Positions 26,028 through 32,000 of a DNA stretch of 32,000 nt are shown here, piece after piece. The stretch covers positions 10,330 to 42,329 of the forward strand of contig JAJEFC010000073.1 of the NCBI GenBank assembly GCA_022820675.1, in the 5' to 3' direction. Below the pieces are notes generated by a model that worked only from the letters and a program-made list of their open reading frames with translations, was not told the DNA's origin and searched no databases. This DNA comes from Vicinamibacteria bacterium. GTDB lineage: Bacteria > Acidobacteriota > Vicinamibacteria > Vicinamibacterales > UBA8438. The stretch's first letter is position 1. Every line of letters starts with the position of its first letter. The translations under genes and the position numbers were made by a program.

Positions 26028-26084
26028 CTCCTACAATGGGGTTCCGGCCCGGCCGGAAACCGTGCTCGCACCGAGGAGGCCCGG

Positions 26085-27530
26085 ATGACGACGACGCGAG
26101 ACCGGCGGCGGACGTTTCCCTGGCAGATCGTGCTCACCACGGCGGTCGCGGCCCTCGCCGCGATGCCCGCCCCGGCCGCGGCGCAGGCCGCGGCCACCGA
26201 CGAGGTCACCTTCACCCGCGACATCGCCCCGATCCTCCAGCGGAGCTGTCAGAAGTGCCATCAGCCCAACTCGCTGGCGCCGATGTCGCTCATCGACTAC
26301 GAGGAGGTGCGGCCCTGGGCTCGCGCCATCAAGCTGCGCACGGGGCTGCGCGACAAGCCGGGGGTGATGCCCCCGTGGTACATCGAGAAGGACATCGGCA
26401 TCCAGCGGTTCAAGGACGACCCGTCGCTGAGCGACGAGGAGGTCGCCCTGATCGCGCGGTGGGCCGACAACGGCGCGCCGCGGGGGAATCCCGCCGACCT
26501 GCCCCCGCCGGTGCCGTTCATCGACGTCGACCAGTGGGAGATCGGGCAGCCCGACCTGATCGTGTCGTCGCCGAGCTTCGAGGTGGCGGGTGACGCGCCC
26601 GACTGGTGGGGCTCGATCGGCGAGGTGCCGACGGGGCTGACCGAAGACCGCTACGTCGCCGCGATGGAGTACAAGGAGGTCACCGAGTCGAGCGTGGGCG
26701 AGACCCGCAACACGGTGGGCGGCCTCTTCGTGGTACACCACGCCACCCTCGGCGTCACCGACCCCGACCCCGACCCGAACGAGGACGATCCGCTGGCCGC
26801 GCAGCGCCGCTGGCCGACCCACGAGGTGGGGCGCAACGCCGACGTCTTCGACCCCGAGGCGGGCAAGATCATGAAGGCGGGGTCGAATCTGCAGTTCAAC
26901 TCGATGCACCTGCACGCGAACGGGGCGGACACGCGGGCCCACCTCGACGTCGGGTTCAAGTTCCATCCCCGCGGCTACGAGCCGACCCGGAAGTGGGTGC
27001 GGATGTCGTTCGGCAACGGCGTCGACCTCGACATCGAGGCGATGGACCCCGACCAGCAGGCGGAGGCGTACTTCACCCTGCCGGAGAACACGCTGATCAC
27101 CATCTTCGAGCCCCACATGCACGCGCCCGGCGTGCGCATGTGCCTCGACGCCATCTGGGGGCACAACGTCCAGACCCTGAACTGCGCCGGCTACGACCAC
27201 AGTTGGGTGCGGGTCTACAACTACGCCGACGACGCGGCGCCCCTGCTGCCGAAGGGCACCATCCTCAGGATGACCGGCTACTTCAACAACTCGCCGTCGA
27301 ACCCCAACGTGCCCGATCCGCGCAACTGGTCGGGCGGCGGACACCGCTCGGTCGACCAGATGTTCATCAACCTGATGCGCGGGGTCTACCTGACCGACGA
27401 GGAGTTCGCGGCCGAGATGGCGAAGCGGCGCGAGGCCCTCGAGCTGGCCGACGGCGAGGTGGTCCTCGGCTGTCCGCTCTGCGGAACGCTGAAGCTGGCG
27501 CCGGCCGAGAACGCCGGAGGCGGACAGTGA
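26085..27530 (+). CDS. Secreted haem-c (CxxCH) domain fused to a PHM/DBH-like copper monooxygenase fold (cassette copy B)
   Basis: GAGGAGG lies 5 nt before the ATG. The motifs are FTRDIAPILQRSCQKCH, then HH 218/219, H277 (SMHLH), HxH 344/346 (EPHMHAPG) and M426 (VDQM). An extra C-terminal CPLC is present. Confidence 0.8.
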   Translation: MTTTRDRRRTFPWQIVLTTAVAALAAMPAPAAAQAAATDEVTFTRDIAPILQRSCQKCHQPNSLAPMSLIDYEEVRPWARAIKLRTGLRDKPGVMPPWYIEKDIGIQRFKDDPSLSDEEVALIARWADNGAPRGNPADLPPPVPFIDVDQWEIGQPDLIVSSPSFEVAGDAPDWWGSIGEVPTGLTEDRYVAAMEYKEVTESSVGETRNTVGGLFVVHHATLGVTDPDPDPNEDDPLAAQRRWPTHEVGRNADVFDPEAGKIMKAGSNLQFNSMHLHANGADTRAHLDVGFKFHPRGYEPTRKWVRMSFGNGVDLDIEAMDPDQQAEAYFTLPENTLITIFEPHMHAPGVRMCLDAIWGHNVQTLNCAGYDHSWVRVYNYADDAAPLLPKGTILRMTGYFNNSPSNPNVPDPRNWSGGGHRSVDQMFINLMRGVYLTDEEFAAEMAKRREALELADGEVVLGCPLCGTLKLAPAENAGGGQ

Positions 27531-27542
27531 GAGCCGTAGCCG

Positions 27543-27680
27543 GGCGCGGCGGGACACTCGAAGACCGCCGGATGCGCGGTGGTCCGCTTCGCAAGACGCT
27601 GAGAGGCCGGGCCGGCGGCGGGGCTCTCGAAGACCGCCCGATACGCGGCGGTCCGCTCCGCGGGACGGTGAGGACCCCGG
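27543..27680. repeat. Two tandem ~69-nt units, each with a 7-bp-stem hairpin, between cassette-B genes
   Basis: The core ctcgaagaccgcc(g/c)gat(g/a)cgcgg(t/c)ggtccgct(t/c)cgc occurs at 27557-27592 and 27626-27661. The stem is GACCGCC/GGCGGTC in unit 2 and GACCGCC/GGTGGTC (a G-U wobble) in unit 1. Confidence 0.75.
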
Positions 27681-28585
27681 CCGGCCGCGGCAGGGCCCTT
27701 TCGGCGACGGCCGTACTCCTCGCCGGGCTGCTCGTCGTCCTCGCCGTCCAGGACGCGGACGCGCAGGGCTCGCGCCGCGCCTACGACTTCGGCCAGGAGG
27801 TGGTGCCGGCCTACGAGGGCTGGGAGCAGAACCCGGACGGCTCGTTCAACCTGGTGTTCGGGACGATGAACCGGAACTGGGAGGAAGAGCTGCACATCCC
27901 CGTCGGCCCCGACAACAACATCGAGCCCGGGGGACCCGACCAGGGGCAGCCGACGTGGTTCCTGCCGCGGCGGAACCGGTTCCTCTTCCGCATCCGGGTC
28001 CCGGCCGACTTCGGCGCCAAGGAGCTGGTGTGGACGCTCACCAGCCACGGCGAGACGAAGCGCGCCTACGGCACCCTGAAGCCCGACTACTACATGGACG
28101 ACAACGTCCGCATGGCCAACAACGGGGCCGGCGTCTCCGGCGAGCTGTTCAAGAACGTGGCCCCGACGCTCGAGATCCGCGGCGAGTCGACCCGCACCGT
28201 GAAGGCCAACACGCCGGTCACGCTGACCGCGGTCGCGCACGACGAGGACGAGCTGCCGAGGCGGCGGGGCATGCGCCCCGTGGACCCGGGCCGGCCCACG
28301 AGCCTGACGCCAATCGCCGCAACCGGCCTCCGGCTCTCCTGGTTCGTCTACCGGGGGGCCGTGCCGGTGACCTTCGATCCGGTGCAGACCAAGGTGTGGG
28401 AGGACACGCGGGCCAACTCGAACTCGCCGTGGGGCGCGGGCTGGGAGACGCCCGACCCGCCCCCGGACAACGAGTGGGTCGTGCAGGCGACCTTCACCGA
28501 GCCTGGCACCTACGTGCTCCGGTGCATCGCCCACGACGGCGGGCTCGCGACCTACGAGGACGTCACTTTCGTGGTGACGGAGTGA
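27668..28585 (+). CDS. Secreted partner protein of cassette B, long form with an extra C-terminal Ig/PKD-like domain
   Basis: This is the C-terminal part of the artefactual track ORF 26606-28585. I prefer GTG 27668 because it gives a normal signal peptide (RALSATAVLLAGLLVVLAVQDADAQG). The alternative is ATG 27572. The N-domain is homologous to 6555-7043. The C-terminus ...VTLTAVAHDEDE...GTYVLRCIAHDGGLATYEDVTFVVTE is Ig-like. Confidence 0.7.
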   Translation: MRTPAGRGRALSATAVLLAGLLVVLAVQDADAQGSRRAYDFGQEVVPAYEGWEQNPDGSFNLVFGTMNRNWEEELHIPVGPDNNIEPGGPDQGQPTWFLPRRNRFLFRIRVPADFGAKELVWTLTSHGETKRAYGTLKPDYYMDDNVRMANNGAGVSGELFKNVAPTLEIRGESTRTVKANTPVTLTAVAHDEDELPRRRGMRPVDPGRPTSLTPIAATGLRLSWFVYRGAVPVTFDPVQTKVWEDTRANSNSPWGAGWETPDPPPDNEWVVQATFTEPGTYVLRCIAHDGGLATYEDVTFVVTE

Positions 28586-28690
28586 AGCGTTCGTGGGTGA
28601 CGGAGTGACAGGCGTCGGAGAGCAGTGCAGCTCGCACGGCCGGCGTCCATAGTGACGGAGTGAAGCGTTCGTGGTGACCGCGTGAAGCGG
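28573..28690. repeat. Cluster of GGTGACGGAGTGAAGCG(TTCGTGG) repeats spanning the stop of 27668-28585 and the region downstream
   Basis: Copies lie at 28573-28596, 28596-28608 (partial), 28651-28674 and 28673-28689 (degenerate). The same 17-mer occurs at 5241-5257, immediately before the ATG of cassette A. Confidence 0.85.
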
Positions 28691-28866
28691 CCGCCGAACT
28701 GCAGGTCCTGCGGGCTGTGTTGCGCGACTGCCAGACCTCGGACCAGCTATCGGAACGCCCCCCTCGCGAAGAGGCGCCGCCCGTTGCGCCCCGACGCAGA
28801 CGGTCAGCGACGGAACCGCAGTCAGGTTGAACCGGCGGAAGCTCCGGTTGCCGCTACTCGCGCGAG

Positions 28867-30186
28867 CTATGTGTCGCTCCGGTCCGCGAACCGAGCCTCC
28901 ATCTCACGCCGCACCTCGACGGCCATCCCGCTCGGATCGATCTCCACGTCGCTCCACCCGACGACCTCGCCCGCGCCGATGGCCCGCTTCAGGGTCACCC
29001 CGTGGGCGAGGCCGATCGGCAACGCCCCGCGGTCGAGCGACGCCCCGGCCGGGAGCAGCTTCCCGTAGACGGTGAACCCGCCCTCGCCGTCGAGGGTCTC
29101 CCCCGCCGCGAGATCACGTTTCGCGGTCGCCGCCACGTCGCCGACGAAGTCGCGCGCGGCGCCGGTCGGCTTCCCGAGCAGCCCCGCCGCGAGAATCGAC
29201 ACGTTCAGCTCGAGCCCGATGAGGTGGAACGGCTTGTACATGGCCGAGTAACGCCCCGATGCGTCGGTGTTCATGCCGTACTGCCGGAAGCAGCTCGCGG
29301 TGTAGTCGTTGGGCGCCTCGACGACGACGTAGACGCCCCAGCGCAGGTCGCCGGGCACCGGCCGGCCGTCGCGCTCGAGCGACGACACCACCTCGACCTG
29401 CCCCTTGTGGTGGAGCTGGCCGCCGGCCTCGGCCGGCCGCAGCACTTGCGCGAGGTCGTCGCGGCCGCACGGCGGGAACCGCAGGCCGTCGGGTGCGGGC
29501 GCGAGGCCGGTGGCGTTGGCGATGGCGGCCATCTCGATGGCCGACTTCGTTCCGTCGAGGAACGAGTTGAACATGCGGCTGTTCATGCCCGCCGCCCGCG
29601 CCTCGTCGGCGGTGAGCCCGTAGTGGTCCCACACCGTGTCCGGCGTCGAGGCGTGGTACGACGGCAGGTACTTGGTGCCCTTCCCCGCCGCCACCACGTC
29701 GAAGCCGCACGCCCGCGCCCACTCCACCAGCTCGCACGTCAGGGCGGGCTGATCGCCGTAGGCCATCGTGTAGACGACGCCGGCCGCGCGCGCCTCGGCC
29801 GCCAGCAGCGGCCCCGCCAGGACGTCGGCCTCGACGTTCACCATCACGACGTGCCGCCCCGCCGCGCACGCCGCGCGCGCGTGCGCGATGCCCGCCGCGG
29901 GGTCGCCGGTCGCCTCGACGACGACGTCGACGGCGTCGTCGCGCACCATCTCTATCGCGTCGTCCGTGAACCGCGTCCCGGCGATGCGCGCGTCCGTCCA
30001 GCCGACGGCGCGGCACGCGGCGCGCGCGCGGTCCGGATGGAGGTCCGCGATGGCGCGCACCTCCAGGCCGGTCGTCGACGGGACCTGGCTCAGAAACATC
30101 GATCCGAACTTGCCGGCGCCGATCAGGCCCACCCGCACCGGCCGGTCGGCCGCAGCGCGCGCGCGCAACTCGTCCCAGAGGTACAT
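28867..30186 (-). CDS. NAD(P)-binding dehydrogenase with a C-terminal SAF domain (COG4091, homoserine-dehydrogenase-like)
   Basis: The start is ATG 30184-30186, internal to the composite track ORF 28867-31071. The Rossmann motif is VRVGLIGAGKFG. The C-terminus GDVAATAKRDLAAGETLDGEGGFTVYGKL is SAF-like. It lies 11 nt downstream of the dioxygenase gene. Confidence 0.75.
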   Translation of the reverse strand: MYLWDELRARAAADRPVRVGLIGAGKFGSMFLSQVPSTTGLEVRAIADLHPDRARAACRAVGWTDARIAGTRFTDDAIEMVRDDAVDVVVEATGDPAAGIAHARAACAAGRHVVMVNVEADVLAGPLLAAEARAAGVVYTMAYGDQPALTCELVEWARACGFDVVAAGKGTKYLPSYHASTPDTVWDHYGLTADEARAAGMNSRMFNSFLDGTKSAIEMAAIANATGLAPAPDGLRFPPCGRDDLAQVLRPAEAGGQLHHKGQVEVVSSLERDGRPVPGDLRWGVYVVVEAPNDYTASCFRQYGMNTDASGRYSAMYKPFHLIGLELNVSILAAGLLGKPTGAARDFVGDVAATAKRDLAAGETLDGEGGFTVYGKLLPAGASLDRGALPIGLAHGVTLKRAIGAGEVVGWSDVEIDPSGMAVEVRREMEARFADRSDT

Positions 30187-30197
30187 TGCGCCCCCAT

Positions 30198-30992
30198 TCA
30201 GACCGCCGCGCCCGCGCGCACGAGCTCGGCGAGGCAGTCGTCGGCCAGCGGCTCGATGGGCGCGAAGTCGCGGTGGGCGATCCACGCCGCGCGCTTGAAC
30301 CGGCGGATGTGGTTGTCGACGTGGCACAGCGAGAGGTAGACGATGCTGCGGCCGAACGGACTGATGTTCGGCGGGCTCGCGTGCACCAGGGTCGAGGCGA
30401 AGACGATGATGCTGCCCGGCGGCCCGGTCGGGGCCACGCAGCCGCCCCGCTCCGCGAGCCGTGTCACGGTGGCGCGGTCCAGGGTCCACAGCGGGTAGCT
30501 CGTCGTCTCCAGATCGTGGCCGGCCTCGAACACCCCCTGCCGGTGGCTCCCGGGCAGGAACAGCAGCGGCCCGTTGGCGGCGTTCACCTCGTCCAGGAAC
30601 ACCGCGATGTTCATGGCCCGCGGCTCGGGCATCTCGTCGTCGCGGTGCCACGTGCCGAAGTCCTGGTGCCACTGCCACACCTCGCCGTCGAACGCGGCCT
30701 TGGCGTTCACCTTGTACTGGTGCATGTAGACCGGGCCGCCGACGAGCTGCATCACCGGCTCGACGAGGCGCGGGTGGCGCCCGAGGCGGCGGAACGCCTC
30801 GTTGTAGGTGTGGGCCGCGAACGCGGTGCGGGCGACGCCGCTCGACTCGCGCCACACCTCCTGGCGGTCGAGGGCGTAGACCTCGTCGGCGGCGGCCCGC
30901 AGCACCGCCGCCTCGTCGGCCGAGAACCGCGAGGGGAAGAACAGGTAGCCCTGCTCCTCGAATCGTTCGATCTCCTCGGGGGTCAGCTTCAT
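30198..30992 (-). CDS. Fe(II)/2-oxoglutarate dioxygenase, PhyH family, ectoine-hydroxylase (EctD)-like
   Basis: AGGAGG lies 6 nt before ATG 30990-30992. VWQWHQDFGTWHRDDEMP resembles the EctD signature F.WHSDFETWH.EDG(M/L)P. The H-x-D motif (WHQD) and the distal His (TLVHASPPNIS..R) are present. Confidence 0.75.
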   Translation of the reverse strand: MKLTPEEIERFEEQGYLFFPSRFSADEAAVLRAAADEVYALDRQEVWRESSGVARTAFAAHTYNEAFRRLGRHPRLVEPVMQLVGGPVYMHQYKVNAKAAFDGEVWQWHQDFGTWHRDDEMPEPRAMNIAVFLDEVNAANGPLLFLPGSHRQGVFEAGHDLETTSYPLWTLDRATVTRLAERGGCVAPTGPPGSIIVFASTLVHASPPNISPFGRSIVYLSLCHVDNHIRRFKRAAWIAHRDFAPIEPLADDCLAELVRAGAAV

Positions 30993-31079
30993 GACGCTCC
31001 TCCTGGGTCGAAGCACGTCCCGGGCCGCGGGCGGGCCCGGAATCGGCGCCCCGGCCCCGGTTCACGTACACTGTAGGCC

Positions 31080-31457
31080 ATGTCAGCCTCGACGACCGTC
31101 ACCAAGTTTACGTGGAACGACATGCCGAAGGAGCGGGTCACCAACCGCATCGACCGCCGCATCGTCACCGGCGAGAGCACGATGGTGGCCCACGTCTACC
31201 TCCAGAAGGGCGCCGTCGTCCCCGCGCACTCGCACCGCAACGAGCAGCTCACCTACATCCTGCGGGGCAGGCTCCGGTTCTGGGTGGGCGACGACCTCTC
31301 GCAGGTGTTCGACGTCGGCGAGGGCGAGGTGCTGCGCCTGCCGTCCAACGTGCCGCACAAGGCCGAGGCGCTCGAGGAGACGCTCGACGTCGACATCTTC
31401 AGCCCGCCCCGGCAGGACTGGCTCGACCGCACGGACGACTACTTCAAGGACCAGTAG
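31080..31457 (+). CDS. Cupin domain protein
   Basis: The cupin motifs are GAVVPAHSHRNEQLTYILRGRL and ...LRLPSNVPHKAEA. The protein is 125 aa. Confidence 0.8.
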   Translation: MSASTTVTKFTWNDMPKERVTNRIDRRIVTGESTMVAHVYLQKGAVVPAHSHRNEQLTYILRGRLRFWVGDDLSQVFDVGEGEVLRLPSNVPHKAEALEETLDVDIFSPPRQDWLDRTDDYFKDQ

Positions 31458-31468
31458 GGACGCCCCGC

Positions 31469-32000
31469 ATGCCCGCACTGACCGACTACCGCGTGCTGAC
31501 GTTCGACTGCTACGGCACCCTGATCGACTGGGAGTGCGGCATCTGGGATGCGCTGCAGCCCGTGATCATGCGCAACCCGGGCCGCGGCGTCACCCGCGAC
31601 GCCGGCCTCCGCGCCTTCGCGCAGGGCGAGAGCCGGCAGGAGCAGGCCACCCCCGGCCTGCGCTATCCGGAGCTGCTCGCGCGCGTGCACCGGCGCATCG
31701 CCGAGAGCCTGGACCTGCGGACGGACGACGACCTCGACGCGGCCTTCGGCGCCTCCGTCCCCCACTGGCCGGCGTTCCCGGACACCGCCGACGCCCTGCG
31801 CATCCTCAAGCGGTACTACGGACTCGTCATCCTGTCCAACGTGCATCGCGACGGCATCGCCGCCTCGAACCGGAAGCTCGGGGTCGCGTTCGATGCCATC
31901 TACACCGCCGAGGACATCGGGTCGTACAAGCCGGCCGACGCCAACTTCGAGTACATGCTGGCCCGCCTGAAGTCGGACCTGGGGCTGGAGCGGTCGGACG
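31469..32000 (+). CDS. HAD-superfamily hydrolase, type II haloacid-dehalogenase-like (3' end beyond the window)
   Basis: This is not in the ORF track because no stop lies within the window. The start is ATG 31469. HAD motif I is FDCYGTLIDWE, and later motifs are LVILSNV and SYKPADANF. The frame is open to position 32000. Confidence 0.75.
   Translation, partial: MPALTDYRVLTFDCYGTLIDWECGIWDALQPVIMRNPGRGVTRDAGLRAFAQGESRQEQATPGLRYPELLARVHRRIAESLDLRTDDDLDAAFGASVPHWPAFPDTADALRILKRYYGLVILSNVHRDGIAASNRKLGVAFDAIYTAEDIGSYKPADANFEYMLARLKSDLGLERSD

Noticed and set aside
26085-26190. A twin-arginine (Tat) signal in cassette-B enzyme (DRRRTFPW).
   Set aside because: c-type haem attachment normally requires Sec export of the unfolded apoprotein. 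The paralogue has an ordinary Sec leader, and the motif lacks the usual S/T-RRxFLK context, so this is probably just a basic n-region.
27572-27667. ATG 27572 as the start of the cassette-B partner.
   Set aside because: It would add about 32 Arg/Gly-rich residues before the signal peptide. It also lies inside repeat unit 1, and the equivalent position in unit 2 is ATA. GTG 27668 gives a canonical signal peptide. I keep ATG 27572 as an alternative only.
28867-31071. The 734-aa minus-strand ORF.
   Set aside because: This is a composite. The real gene starts at ATG 30186 (Rossmann motif right after the start). The upstream part overlaps the EctD-like gene, which is read in another frame with its own strong RBS.
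1-32000. Global reassignment of TAG, or pyrrolysine, as the explanation for the two in-frame TAGs.
   Set aside because: TAG terminates at least six well-supported genes in this window, one of them followed 4 nt later by the next gene's start. No pyl genes or tRNA are visible here. Only local read-through, suppression, mutation or sequencing error remain plausible.
1-32000. A CRISPR array, or rRNA, tRNA or tmRNA genes.
   Set aside because: No regularly spaced repeat-spacer structure is present. All repeats found have 2-4 copies and are either coding or junction scars. I saw no tRNA-like T-arm or acceptor patterns and no rRNA-like conserved stretches by eye, though a tRNAscan/Infernal run would be needed for certainty.

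Overview
This is a high-GC window (about 70% by eye) that is densely coding. It looks like a Gram-negative-type bacterium, possibly an Acidobacteriota- or Gemmatimonadota-like MAG, but that guess is weak. The evidence for the envelope type is an outer-membrane beta-barrel ending in Phe, a TonB fragment and many Sec signal peptides. I support about 27 protein-coding features. I found no rRNA, tRNA or CRISPR array. Many long ORFs in the supplied track are antisense or off-frame artefacts of the GC content. I called genes only where the translation showed recognisable family motifs, an RBS and sensible gene spacing.

Layout by region:
- 1-19 kb holds mostly housekeeping or periplasmic enzymes: a GcvT-family aminomethyltransferase, a serine hydrolase, a DUF5916 outer-membrane protein, IlvA, an amidase, a DUF2272 protein and a tricorn-type S41 protease.
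- About 18.9-26.1 kb is a scarred accessory island. It holds two Rpn-family (PD-(D/E)XK) nuclease/putative-transposase paralogues in direct orientation, two VapBC toxin-antitoxin pairs, a secreted cyclase-family protein, a P-loop NTPase and several gene remnants and junction repeats.
- 26.1-32 kb holds the second cassette copy described below, then an EctD-like dioxygenase, a SAF-domain dehydrogenase, a cupin and a HAD hydrolase.

Most notable observations:
1. A two-gene cassette occurs twice (5258-7043 and 26085-28585). It encodes a haem-c (CxxCH) domain fused to a PHM/DBH-like dicopper monooxygenase fold with all six Cu ligands conserved, followed by a secreted partner of unknown family. Shared junction repeats suggest the cassette was once tandemly arrayed.
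2. Two unrelated enzymes, the GcvT-family protein and the amidase, each carry a single in-frame TAG with intact conserved sequence downstream.
3. The Rpn, VapBC and NTPase island shows internal-start, repeat and remnant architecture.
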